Shown here piece by piece: positions 51,226 to 64,000 of a DNA stretch of 64,000 nucleotides. The position numbers and the translations under genes are program-made. This DNA is from Chara braunii. Taxonomy: Eukaryota > Plantae > Charophyceae. The first letter of the stretch is position 1. Each line of letters starts with the position of its first letter. The DNA lies in NCBI GenBank assembly GCA_003427395.1, contig BFEA01000044.1, positions 1,114,905-1,178,904 of the forward strand, read 5' to 3'. The notes beneath the pieces are model-generated. The model was given only the letters and a program-made list of their open reading frames with translations. It had not been told where the DNA came from and did not search any database.

Positions 51226-51367
51226 AGTCCAGACACCTCACCGGACCATTCAATCGTAGGAGCGACGGCGGTGTATACAAAGCTCAGGGACGTAATCAAT
51301 GCCAGCTGATGACTCGCGCTTACTAGGCATTCCTCGTTGAAGATCGATAATTACAACAATCTCTCCC
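51226..51367 (-). pseudogene. Diverged fragment of 18S rRNA (3' region)
   Basis: Minus strand ...TCTTCAACGAGGAATGCCTAGTAAGCGCGAGTCATCAGCT...TACGTCCCTGAGCTTTGTATACACCGCCGTCGCTCCTACGATTGAATGGTCCGGTGA; changes in the universal GTACACACCGCCCGTC motif. Confidence 0.88.
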
Positions 51368-54109
51368 GTCGCGTTGAATCCCCTTCCTTTCTCTTTCTTC
51401 TCCTACTCTCTCCTCCTCCACCTTCCCCTTCTTCTACTTGTCGTCGCGCTTGTCTGACTGCACGCGCTTCTTCCTCGCGCTACCTCTCCGCGTGAGTCTC
51501 GCTCTTCTCCTACTCTCCCGAAGTGTCCAGGATGCTCCCCCGGTTTCTGAGCTCCGTGATCATCTAGCGTCGATGTCCAGGCCGCCCGTCACTCACGATC
51601 TCGGCAAGTTCGTTGGCTGTGTTACAAAACTGCATCCGCCCTGTTTTCCGCGGTAGATTCGTAAAAANGAATCCACCAAGAAGATCACGAGACGAAATTC
51701 TAAAGAAAGAAAATTAATAAACGGAAAACGAAATCTAACCAATAAACATAAAAGAAAAGAAATAAAAGAAAACAAAGAATCTAACCACTAACCACCTTTG
51801 CCTTGCCAAGTGGCATGCCCCGTTGTTGTTTTTTTTTTTGTTTTTNNNNNNNNNNNNNNNNNNNNNNNNNNNNNNNNNNNNNNNNNNNNNNNNNNNNNNN
51901 NNNNNNNNNNNNNNNNNNNNNNNNNNNNNNNNNNNNNNNNNNNNNNNNNNNNNNNNNNNNNNNNNNNNNNNNNNNNNNNNNNNNNNNNNNNNNNNNNNNN
52001 NNNNNNNNNNNNNNNNNNNNNNNNNNNNNNNNNNNNNNNNNNNNNNNNNNNNNNNNNNNTGTAATCTACTGAATCTACCTGACTCGGATCTATAGGTCGC
52101 GGGTTCGAGCCCCGGCTAACTCAACCGATCGAAGACTAAAATAAAGCTCCTTGTAAAAAGGGAGCTAGCTTTGGTGGTTGGGCAAATTCGATCCCCGAGT
52201 CTGTCGCGTGATAGCTTTGCACCAATACCTACTAAGCTAGCTCCCACTTCGGAAGTAAGGGAGCAGCTCTAGTATCTATAGAGCTCCGGCTCAGCCCAAT
52301 CTAGCGGCATGAGCTTATTTCTAAGTTCGTGCGTGTGCAGTGCGCCGGTCCGCACGCCTGTCGGTTTGAATATGTGTGTGTGTGGCCTGCAAGGGTACTT
52401 GGCTGCTTGGGAGGCCCCGCAGACTAGTACTACATTCACTCCCACCTCCAGAGGAACTAGAGGTACCTTGGCCTATAACCATACAGCCCACTGCTGCGCA
52501 CCATGGTCGACAACGAACAGTATACACCACCTGTCCAACGACTCCGAGATAGTCCAGACTTAACGCTCGACACATACACAATGCCATACAGACAGTTTGT
52601 CGCACGCTCACCACGCATCTCAACCCTCTCCCCTTAGTTCGCCAACACTTGGAGTAGCGAGGTTGCTCATGCCCAAGTAACCAAAGGCCAACTCCCATTT
52701 TCCTTTATGGGGTCGTCACATACCGCGACCCCTGTGTTCCGAACAAGGAACTCAAACAGATCTCAAAGTTTAATTCAGAAAATAACAAAATAAAATAAGT
52801 TAAAACAAAATAAAGTAAAATGGGATGAAGAGAACGAGAGGCCGATCCTCAACGGTCGTAGCGCCAGCAGGGCTTTCCACTGTTTACCACTAGAAGCTTC
52901 ACGCCCTGCTGTAAAGCGACCACAGGTTAGACTCGGTGGTCCCATAACGGGATACCGATGGACGTCGTTTTCCCTTTTAAACATGTCGTCGGGCTACTCC
53001 TGACGGGTACTCGCCTCCGATGGCAAGGAGGGGGCATATGACCCTCTGTGAAAGGTGATAAGCCTCCTACAAATGTGGGCGCGGGTTGCCCCTCTTTTGG
53101 GGTCCTGCGCCAGGAACGAAGTAAATACAAAGGACCAAACCATTATAGGTCACCAGTCCTTAGTCAGGGTTCGAAAGTGAACCGTCCGTTTCCCCGCGAA
53201 GTGACGGAAAGGAAAATTAAATAAAGAAACAGGTAATACTAATAGTTATAATAGCAGAGGGGGGGAAACGACGTTTCAAAATTCTCTTGCGACACTACAT
53301 CCCTAAAGCCATCAGACCCCGAGACACAAAAGCATCGATCTAGGTCTAGGCACGGATGTAAGGTTCCACGTTCACTTTTCTTTTTCCATTTCTCTGTATT
53401 TTTTTTTTACTGGCAGCGACTTTCGTCACTATACCTACCTCATAACCCAACTACAGGGGTTCGATACGTAGTTCAGAGTGATTGCTCCATACTTTCACTA
53501 TCTCATCCCTGAGCGGACCCGACGGTTGTCATGGCAACAAGCTAGTTGCGCTCAGCTGCACAACTGGGCACCGAACCTGTGTGGAGCGGCGTTACCAGTG
53601 ACGCCGAACGGACCAGTTTCGCAGCGAAATATAACCCAAAGGACCTGGTACACCACTGTAGTTCTTTGAGTTTATCCGGTACGTAGCGGAGGGTCGGGAC
53701 ACCACGCCCTCCGACAGCGCTCGACAGTGGTCACTCCATTCACCTCTGAATCCGCACCAGACGTAGATTTTGCTCAATGCCTCTACCCTTTTTTGGAAAG
53801 CAATTCAAACACATGAGCTTAAAAGAAAGTCATAAGTGGATAATTAAACTTAAAAACCTCATATAAATCATTGCAAACTGATAAGTTCAAATAGGTACTT
53901 CCGATAAGCAGCCCATGTGAATAACCCCGAAAAGGATGACCATTCAACAAAATGGTATCAAGTACATAGCCTTACGTAAATAAATACTAGATAGACTTAT
54001 TCAAAAATTTGCATACATGGATGAGTCCAACACATAACCCAAGAAAATAGTTTTTTAGAACAATAGTCTCAAATCCTCATCATTCCAATCCCCCTCCTCC
54101 CACTAAGAA

Positions 54110-54760
54110 AATTCCGGCAGCGGTTCTCGTAGAAAAATTGTTCAAGAATTTATTATCGCTCGAATATGAAAACTGAAATGACTTTTAACTCCAGAAAGTC
54201 AAATTTTGTCAAACTCCCTGAATTAGTAAAGGTTTGGGCAGCATCTCCTTTAGAGAATTAGACTTCCCGAATTTTTACCAAGCCAGATAAGAACTCAAAG
54301 TAAGACTTGAGTTTCTACTATGATAAAATTTAACTAACTCCTTAGATTTGTAGAAACTTCGGCAACGTTTTCCATAGAAAAAGTAGTTTTTCAAAATTTT
54401 TACAAGGCGAAGTACAGAATCTGAAACGATTCTGACTTCCCAAAACCTAATTTTGTCTAACTCTCCGAATTAGCAAGATTTCGGGCAGCACTTCTCCTAG
54501 AAAGGAAGGTTTTTCAGATTTCTATTAAGTCATATATATAACTTAGACAAAGTTGAACTTTGAAGAGTCAAAATTTGACTAACTCCTTGGTTTTGTACAA
54601 ATTTCGGCGTGGGTTCCCGTAGGGAAAGTAGCTTTCCAAAATTTATACACAGCCAAATGAAATAAATGATCTAAAAAAATGGGAGAAATTGACTTAAGTA
54701 AAAAAAGTTAACTCAGAAAATGCAGGAATTGAACTAACTCCTATAGCTGTAGCAAGTGAC
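54110..54760. repeat. Diverged ~122-bp tandem repeat (~5 units)
   Basis: AACTCC...TT.GGCA.C....TAGAAA...ATTT.TAC pattern at ~54113, 54233, 54357, 54480 and 54602. Confidence 0.65.
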
Positions 54761-54942
54761 GAGCAACTAAAATAACTACTTATCAAATTAAAACTCATAC
54801 TAAATACATTTTTCACTCAGCCACATGCAAATCCATACCACAATAGTAAGTACTCTCACTCACTCCCAATGTTAAACCTTATTAATAATAGTCAATGATC
54901 TCTCAACGATTTATCTCATATACCCAGCTTACATAAGGCGTA

Positions 54943-55637
54943 AAGCTAGACCATTCAACTTAGAAACAAAGTCTAGCTTAGCCATTGAATATACACAAAC
55001 ATATGACACTACTAATTTTCTCTTCTTTGGGAATGTGACTAGGTCATTCAACTTAGAAACAAAACCTATTCGCACTGAACTGTTTAAGTAGTCAAGTTAT
55101 ATATATTTTTTTGCTCTTAGTCTTTTAAGATAACATAGCACTGAACCATTTAACTTAGAAACAAAGTTCATCCTACCCAGCTTACCACCAATTAATATTT
55201 TTAATTAGTACTCTCTATATTTTGATAAGTTATAGTCATACCATTCAACTTAGAAAAAAGTTTGACTAGCCTGTTCATAAGTAAAATAATAATAAAGTAT
55301 AAGTCTATTTTTTCCTTGGTTCCAACTAGTGTGTGACTCCTGACCAAACCATTCAACTTAGAGACTAAGTCTGACTGATTCCCTCAGGAAAAAAAAAAAA
55401 AAAAAAGTTTGAGTTATCCTACTTAGAAACAAAGTTCACTCTCACTTAGAAAACCCAAAATTAACCAAAGTGACCAAACCATTCAACTTAAAACAAAACT
55501 TGGTTACTGAAAATGCATTCTCAAGCAGCCATCGCAATAGAGAGCAACCAGACCATCCAACTTAGGAACAAAGTCTGGTCCACTAGGCAATTAAAACAAA
55601 CATAGCACTGGGTCATTCAACTTAGAAACAAAGCCCA
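54943..55637. other. Array of nine stem-loops with conserved loop CATTCAACTTAGAAACAAA and variable, self-complementary stems
   Basis: Loops start at 54952, 55045, 55147, 55242, 55350, 55415, 55480, 55554 and 55614; flanks pair within each copy but differ between copies. Confidence 0.85.
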
Positions 55638-58600
55638 ACCTTTGGTTGACCCCGACAATCTCAAGCAAAACCACCTTCCTCCCGCCTTCCCCCAATTCAT
55701 AATCTCTTTTTAATTTGAATTCAAGCAAGCAACAAGAGGGTTGCGTCTAGATAGAGCATACCCCCGTGCTCTATTCGAAGTGCAGCTTTAGCAGCGGAAC
55801 ACAGTAGGATATAGCCCATCCAGCGGTTGTGCGCAATCAGGAAATAGCAATGCACCAGTGTGCAACTAAATACAGCGGCCCGCACTATAATAACACAAGT
55901 AACGTTTTAAGCTCAACCAACTCTAAGCGAATTCAAAGTAAGACAAAACGCAAAGCGAAAAACACAGTCATCGGCAGCGGCTACTAGCAGCAATACTCAA
56001 TGAAAGACACAATAACATTGTGTCCAACAGAACAATAGCATCCTATTACAAAATTCAACAGCAGCAACTGTGAGCAACAACTTTGTTTATCACCGTCATC
56101 AGAAAAATAACAAATACTTAGGCAACAACTATGGTCATGCACGGGAAGGTGTATTCGCAACTCATATCAAATGGGTTACCTTCATGCAGATACATCATTT
56201 CAATCCGGCTTCCCATCTATCTTTTGTCTTTACATCTAAGTCCAATAAGTGTTTTGTGCGTGAGTATTGCTGCACGCCCCCACCACATACGCTTTACCCC
56301 ACGTTTACGTGGGAAAGCGAATGTCGAAGGTGCATGATACCACCACCATGGTTGAGCACCGCCGGACTCTTAGAAGTGACTCTTCCACTAGAATCTGGGA
56401 AACACACTTGTTACCACGGTCTTCTACCGCCCTTGCTTGCAGCCGATGGAGTGAGCACACACTCTCCGTATGTGATCTGCCCCTCTCGCTATCCAATACA
56501 CCTGGCCGACACCTTGGCCATGATCATACGCTTTACCACACGTTTACGTGGGAAAGCGAATGTCGAAGGCGCATGATACCACCACCGTGGCTGAGCACCC
56601 CGAACTCTCAGCTAACGATCGTGGCTGAGAAAGAGTTTGTGGATTATGAGCACGATGTCGACGATGATCACTATGGCAGACATGGTGTCGATGGCGATGA
56701 GCAACGCCTGAAAAGCACAATCGGGTATGTGAGCAGCCTGGATGGGGGTCGCGACTGAGATTATTATGAAAAAGACAGTGGCGACGAATCACTAGTTGAG
56801 GAATGTGAGGTCGAGCAACATGAGGATGATGGCGACTCGGTTCATGATGGTGACCAGCGGGAAATGACAAAGTCGATCCCAATAGAACAATCTTCACGAT
56901 TGCAGTAACGGGGCGCCTCACACGTGCCACATAATAATAAACTTTGTACGGAAATGTAGATTGCTCCACAAACCACGCACGCAGCGAGATTAGAAGGGGC
57001 TACTTCCATCAATAGGATGCATAAAATTGGAATGAATTTTTCGCCATAAAACGAAAGTATACACGACTTACAAGACGCTCTTCCTGCGCGCAGCCCATGA
57101 CTCGCACAACCCTAAAACTGCATTTTTTTCACAGAGTCCGAGCCCGCCATTGAACTCGCAGCTTCCCAAAACCACCGTTCAGGACCTTTCCCTGCCCAAT
57201 TCCGTTGTGGAACGGGTTAGATACACATTTTTCACTCCCGTTTTCTCCTTCCCAGATACTCTTTGCGCATCCTTTTTCTCACTAACCTCTCGTTTTACTA
57301 ATCTAGCACTAAAACAAACTTCAGCACTTCACACGGACCATGCCAAAACCCCTATCGACTATCTTCCCTCACTCATTTTCATCAAGAAATGAGCGAGGCA
57401 CGCACTTTCGACCTCTGTCATAGCCATCCTCCCTCGTCTTAACCTTCGAATGCATCCTGACGCAATCCCCATCCAGATTTATCCACCCTCTTGGCTGGCT
57501 GCTGCCTCCGCACTCCACCCTTTCTGCCTTCATAGTCGTACTCGTCATCTTGAGACTAGCGTTGCGCCGAGTTCCACCGATCATCTCATCGTTAACACAG
57601 CACCCGTCAGCGATCGGTACTGCCCGATGTGCACAACCGGTCTGGCTGTTCTACGTGAGATTTTCTCAAAAGACCAGCTACTAGACGGTTCGATTAGACT
57701 TTCGCCCCATGTACCCAAGTCCAACAAATGATTCGCCCACAATATTGTTGCAAGACCCTTCACGACCTCCTTGGATTGCTCTGCTCAGGCATAGCTTTCC
57801 ACCTTTTGAGTCCCCAACGGGCAGCTCACACTCAGATGGTAGGCCCCGGACCCGAGGGTACGAGCCTGCTGCATGGCTGTTTGCATGCGCCTTGGTCAAC
57901 AAGTCCCGGTATCTGGCCTTCGGCCTCAGAGGTTGAGCCCGGTCCACAACGCACTCACAACCCGCCCTCCCCCCCTTTTTTTTCCCAACTCTCTCTTGAA
58001 CCCGGTGTCGAGTCCCGAATCAAATCTTTGTTCCTAAGAGACAATATATGGCTAAAGTGTGTATGGCAGAGAAATCAGGAGGCCAGAGAAATAGAAAGGA
58101 TGAAGGACTAAGGCAAGAGTGTCGACGCCTAGTGGCCTGGAGGGTGCCCAAGGTTGCCGAAACCATTGGGCCAGGAATAGACCAACAGAGTGACGAGCGG
58201 CAAACGTGCTAGAAGGAATCAGTAAAGGCGGCCCCCCTGCTCAAAGGAAGACCACGGAGAATTTCATACCCTGAGAGCAGGGTGCCGCAAGTAGAAGGGG
58301 GCCAACGACGTCGAGAAAAATAGTGTTGTGACGCCGGCACCTGAAGAGGGTAGCATGTGGCTGAGAAGGCCACCTGAATTCAGCATGAGAAGAACCGAAG
58401 GGCCATGAACCAAGCAAGGGGATGTGACGGACCACAAGGGAATACTGAGACCATGAGAAGGAGGGTCTTGATGACCACAAGACGCTAGAAAAGAAAGGGC
58501 CCTAGCATGGGGGTCGTTCGCGGCAACTGTCGGTAACCACTAGATTAGAGATCTCGCGGCCGAGAAGGTCGGCACGCTTGGGACCGGGAAAGAGATAAGA

Positions 58601-58699
58601 AAACGGGGTCACCGAGGAATGGGGAGCACCAAGAGAAACCGGGACATCATGGGGACATGTGTCGGGGCCCACATGGGACTAAGTGAAAATAAAGGCACC

Positions 58700-58822
58700 G
58701 ACGGGACATGTACCGGCGGGACCACCGGTGGGACAAGTACCGGCGAGACCACCGGTGGGACAAGTGTCAGCGGGTCCAGCGGTGGGACAAGTGTTGGGAA
58801 CTAGTGCGGAACAAGTGTCAGG
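58700..58822. repeat. ~24-27-bp GC-rich tandem repeat
   Basis: GGGACAAGT.CCGGCG.GACCACCGGT units. Confidence 0.75.
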
Positions 58823-61800
58823 GACTTGTGATGTCCCAAGGAGGAGTTGTGGAGGACCATGAGAAAGAAATATCCAAGAGCAAGAGTCGTCATCAAGACT
58901 AAGATTAACATCACTAATGGAAGCAAGCGGGAGGACCAAAAAGAAAAAGGAAAGCAAAGGAATGTGAGGGAAGAGGCATTGCAGCCATGCAAAATATATC
59001 GGATCAACCACCTTGAAGAAAATAAATCCTAAAGAGGCTTCATTTCAAAATAGACCTCCAACAGAAAATCGGAGTAGGAGAGGCCACAATTTGGAGAAAA
59101 TTGAGGCAAAATGGAGCTCCCATGAGCATGGGGGAGCCACAGTTGCAGTCCAAGAAAGAACGGACTGAACCTTAGGCAAGGGAAGGACCAAACCAAGAGG
59201 TAAGGCCTCGAAAGAGCCTCAACAGCTAGTTGACACTTGAGATGCTACAAAAAGAAAGGAAAATAAAAGAAAAAGGAGAGAAAAAAAAGGGGGGAAAAAA
59301 TAAAAGAGGTGAGTAGGCCGTAAGTAGGAACTGGCACAAGTAGGGACTGGCATGTCCCTACTGTTTGGAATTTGGGGGCGGGGGGGGGGGGGGGGAGGAA
59401 GAAAAGAAAAAAAAAAGCAAAAGGGCACTAACGGTCACCGGTTGGAAATGCGCATTATAGCATGAGGTTGCGGGTTCAAAACTCCGCAGCCTTGCGCATG
59501 GACACCAACAGGGCGTTAGAATGAAGCACGGCTGGACATACTCCCCCTTGGGATGCCGCAGGTAAGTTATTACAGAAACTGCATGCGCACTTCCCAAGGG
59601 GTAGTCCATAGTTGTTGTATGTGGGGACTGGGCGATGGTGGGTATCCTGATATTCTTGGTCTACAAGGTTGTCATGAGACTGTTGGGTGACTCGCATAGT
59701 CCGGTTTACTCGAGCCTAGCAGAGCACAGTTACAGACTATTTCACAATGTAGGTGAATAGGTTAGGTTATTTGCACGATTCACATAAGGTGTTGTGTTCA
59801 ATACCAGACTGTAACTTAGGGTTGGTCATCCTCTTAGTACGTGGTCAAAGGATTGAGGTTGGCATAGCAGTTCCTTAGTACGGGATGTCTGGGGTGTCAT
59901 GGCCGGAATGGGCTCCAGGGACATACGAGGGAACGGAGGATACTAAACTATCTATCATCACCACACAACTAAGCTAGATGGGAGTCATTGTGCACCCTCA
60001 TGAAGACCTCTAGTAGCATATTCATACCTATCTCTCAAAGTCCCCGTGCAATCAGGCTTGCACGGCGTCTGCTTCAACCGGGGCTAAGTAAGGGGTAGGC
60101 ATCTTTGCTTAGCCCCGGTACCTGCAGCCGCTGTCTGGTCTGGTCACCCCGCCAAGATGGCAATGGGTGATGGTCCTGGGTGTTTAACACTAGGGTAGGA
60201 GAAAGAGGGTGGGGGTGCGTCAGGGCAAAAGATGAGAGGAAGGGTTGGTGGGGTCTTCAGAGGGGTTCATCTGGACAACCGAGTGGCCGAGTACTGTGGG
60301 TAACTGCCATCCATCTCGTATTCCACCTCTACAACAACCTCGGCTTAAAAAAAAATAATAATAAAAAAATAAAATCACTTGAGAGATACATCCATGACGA
60401 TTGTCCAGATGCATCCTGAGATGTATCGGTTATAAAGTATCTTGATTTTCTTTAGATTTTACTGAGAAAATAAAACAAAATCAAGGCCTCATAAGACCGA
60501 GATAGAATGGATTGCATGAGGAAGGGAAAACACATGTTTTAGATACATCCGAAGCCACCATTGAGCCCTGATGCACTTGGAAATGAGCGGCTTCATTTTC
60601 TTTCAGTTTGGGGCAAGTTGTGGGGCTGCGAGGCCAGAAAAATGACCACTGCTGTAGTCAAAGAAATAACGGACTGCATAGGAGTACCTAGGCCAAAGAA
60701 AAAGGGGCCTTGGCACGCCCAAGACACTAAAAAGGAGTGTCTCCAACTCGAGGCAAATGAAGACGGTAAATGGTAGCCACGAGATGATGGATCTCACCAC
60801 CGAGAATAATCAAGGCACTTGAGGCACATAGAAAGAAGAGATTGAAGTTGTCGGGGACTAGGAAGTCCCAAATAAAAATGAGACGTCGGCGGGAACGATG
60901 TCAGGGACTGAATGAGCCCAAAAGTTGAAGATTAGGACAAGTGTTGCCGAGATTGTCGGCGGGGCTAAAAAATGAGACTAGCCCGGGTTAAATGGTGGAG
61001 ACTTGCGTGTCCCACTCGGAACAGTGGACTGTCCATATAGGATGGAGGCGCGAAACAAGTGGCACCGTCAACATCAAGATCTTGACGGTGGAGAATATTA
61101 ACTACTATTGATGCAAGGAGCAAATTGGTCAAAGAAAAAGGAGTTAGAAGGTAAAAGGGGAAGGGAAATGGTGATGGGAGGACTGATCAGAAGTCCGAGA
61201 TGTCTTGGACCAACAGATCTTGAGAAAATAAATCCCCAAGGGGCTCAATGCAGAAAATAAGCTGCCAAAGAAAAATAAGAGCAAAGGGGGCCGAACATTT
61301 AGACCAACGAAGACAAAATGGAGCCTCCGTGAGTATGGGGGCTTCATTATTGTAACCCGAGATATAACGATCAACTGCTGGGTCTGAATCTGACCATAGA
61401 TGAACATCCATGACCTACAAAAAGAGTCCACAGCTGATTGACATTTGTCACAAAAAAAATAAAAGAAAAAAAAAATGAGAGAAAAAAAAGCGGAAATGAG
61501 ATAAAGGGGAGAAAAGAGTGGAGGAGGATGAGTTGGCCAGTTAGGACTGGCAGGTCCTTACTGTGACCTCATCACTCTAGATTTAGTGGAGGGCAATCCG
61601 GTGCAAAGATAAGATCCTTGGGGCATTATCTTAGCAATATATGAATTAAAAATGAAAAAAAAAAAAAAAAAAAACCGCTACTCCCCCGACCCCCCCGCTG
61701 CTCCCCCGACAGCCTCCCGCCGCTCCCCCGACTTCCCTCCGCTGCTCCCCTGACTTCCCCCCGCTGCTTACCTGTTTCTCCCCAACCCACTCCCCGCTTC

Positions 61801-64000
61801 CGCCCTTCTCTCACTGCTCCACCGACTCTTTTTTCCTCATTTGCCCCCCAAGCAACTTCGCATACGTGCGAGCAAAGACATTGGCGGAAGCAGCATACCT
61901 GCTATAAGATTACGTAAGTGTCCTAAAATGAGTTCAACGAGAACATAAATCTCTTGAGGAGCAAAAGACAAACTGAGTGCATGCTCTCCCAGGGGCACGG
62001 TCGTACACCGGGGTCCACCGCTCAGCTCCGGACCTGGGGAGCCACCTGCAAGGGTGCCCACTGGATGCTGACAACCCAACCATACTTCTTGGGTCCCCAT
62101 AACGGTTGAGCGTGTGCCTCCCCTTGGGGTTGTTGAGGCCATGGGGGGGAAGTGGCTCCGGGAGGGGCAGGCTCAATTGGAGCATGCGGGAAGAGTGAGG
62201 GGGTCACCCCTCGCCTAGCAGGGTCTGACGCGTCTCTGCGGCACCACAGTTCCCGGATGTGGAGCCACAGGGAGGTGAAGCCCTGAGTGGGTGTTGGGTG
62301 ACCCCCGACCCAGCGGCCTGGTAGCGCCGGTCTGAGCTGATACTCCTGGGTGGGTAGCGAGGTTTGTGAGCTCTCTCCTTGACGGATCACTGGGTAAGTG
62401 GGTGGGCCCGCTACACCGTCAGTAGGGCTGACCCCGGCGCGGAAAGCCCTCTGACGGACATCCTCCCCGGGTCATAATCCCCGACACCTCTACAACCCTT
62501 TACAAAAAAGAAAAAAACAATCTGTGAGAGTGTGGCCTATCGACCCTTTACCGTTTCAGGACTTGAAGCCAAACGTGTCAGAAAGGTTACCACAAGGATC
62601 ACCGGTCCGTGGTCATCATCATCACCATCATTATCGCCACGACTGGACATCGTCCGTACACGCATTCTATCCAGCGAGTTGGTCATTCCATCGGGGGAAC
62701 GATCGAGAAGACCCTTTACGGGTTCATCGAAGACCTCCCTCTATTAGGAGGAAGCACATTTATTGCTCCTAGCCGACCGGGAGCGAGGTATTGTCCATCT
62801 TTCCTTCTCTTACTAATTTCGTCCCTTCCTCTCGCCGATCTCAATCAAAGATTTTTTTTTTTTTTTTCTTCATCTACCTCCCCTCCATCCTCCCTCCTCT
62901 TCTCTACCTTCCCATCTAATTGGTTGCATCATATAAAATTTCTGACGCGCATGATGCATATTTTCTCTTTTAGCGCTTGTCTAATAATGTCGTTCATTCT
63001 GTCGTTTGGAATTTCGATCTAATTCGATAGGATTAATCCTCATTTCCCTTTCTCCCAACACCATGATCGAAATTAATTTCAGTATTTTTGTTCAAAACTT
63101 ACGTAAAATTCTATATTATATTATATTTTTTCGTAAATTAATTTAAATTTTGATTTCAATTAAAATATTTGTGAAATAAATTTCATAATTTACTATATTT
63201 TTTTTTTTTATGTCGACTCTACGTCTACTTTCTACCCTTCCTAAAATTTTAAAATTCTGGAATTCTTTTTTAAATGTTTTTAGAATTCGTTTGAAATTTT
63301 TTGAAAATTCCTCTTACATTTGCAACATGTTGATAAAAATTTTTAAATTAACCTAAATAATTTCAAAATCAATCTTAAATTATTTTAACTGCCTGTCATT
63401 AATTCCTTATGTCATTTTATCTATAATTCTTAATTTCATAATTAATTTTTTATTATTTTTATTTCAAATTGCCTTTGAAGTTATTTCAATTCCGAAAATA
63501 CGCCAAAGAGTTTTCCATCCTCTAGACTCATCTCTACCTTTTCTACCACCCCCAACTTTTGGAAATTTTTACGAATATTTTTTTAATTCATTGAATTTGT
63601 TTAATTTTTCCTTAAATTTTGAGTTTACGTTCAAATAATATCGGAATTTAAGTTTGACTTTGTGATTGTCTTATGCCTGCCTTCCTCTCTACTCCACACC
63701 AGTCTTTGAAAATTTCTCTCATCTTCTCACCAAAATTTATAAAATTTTCCCTTCTCCCTTCATCCGATTCTGAATTTTCTTGACTTAGTTCCAGAAGTTC
63801 GCTAGATCTCATTTATACACGACTTCTTATTTTGGCCCCGTTTCCACGTGCCAATCTGGCTCCCTGTGACAACCAGCAGCTCGTACTCCAAAATCTCACC
63901 CGAGACTTCCGTCCCGCTCACCAACTCGCTTGCTTTGACACGCTGATCATTCTCACTGAGCGTTCCCCCCACCCATTCTCCCTCTTCACCGTCTTCACCT

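Noticed and set aside
51226-51367. Functional rRNA gene
   Set aside because: Only ~140 nt, with substitutions and deletions in invariant positions
54943-55637. CRISPR array (19-nt repeat with unique spacers)
   Set aside because: Repeat is too short and non-palindromic, spacing is irregular (60-108 nt), and there are no cas genes; better explained as conserved loops on variable stems

Overview
Repeat-rich eukaryotic (green plant lineage) genomic DNA with assembly gaps and many microsatellites; a streptophyte alga such as Chara is my inference from gene content and repeat style, not something proven. One host gene is present: a 4-exon, minus-strand galactinol synthase-like GT8 gene (18613->5248, 381 aa) whose introns are filled with MITEs and a U2 snRNA pseudogene. 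The rest is transposon-derived: a 5' LTR with tRNA-iMet PBS, nested hAT, Harbinger and pogo MITEs, a LINE 3' fragment, tandem repeats and an 18S rRNA fragment. There is also a ~15.3 kb TIR-bounded, decayed Plavaka (CACTA-like) transposon (35261-50552) carrying a transposase, a Ulp1 SUMO protease and at least three unknown genes. Two unexplained structures stand out. (1) Nine copies of a 70-bp site inside the Plavaka element (18-bp inverted arms around an invariantly 34-nt spacer), at five intergenic or subterminal loci with different spacer sequences. (2) An array of nine hairpins at 54943-55637 with a conserved 18-19-nt loop and different, covarying stems.
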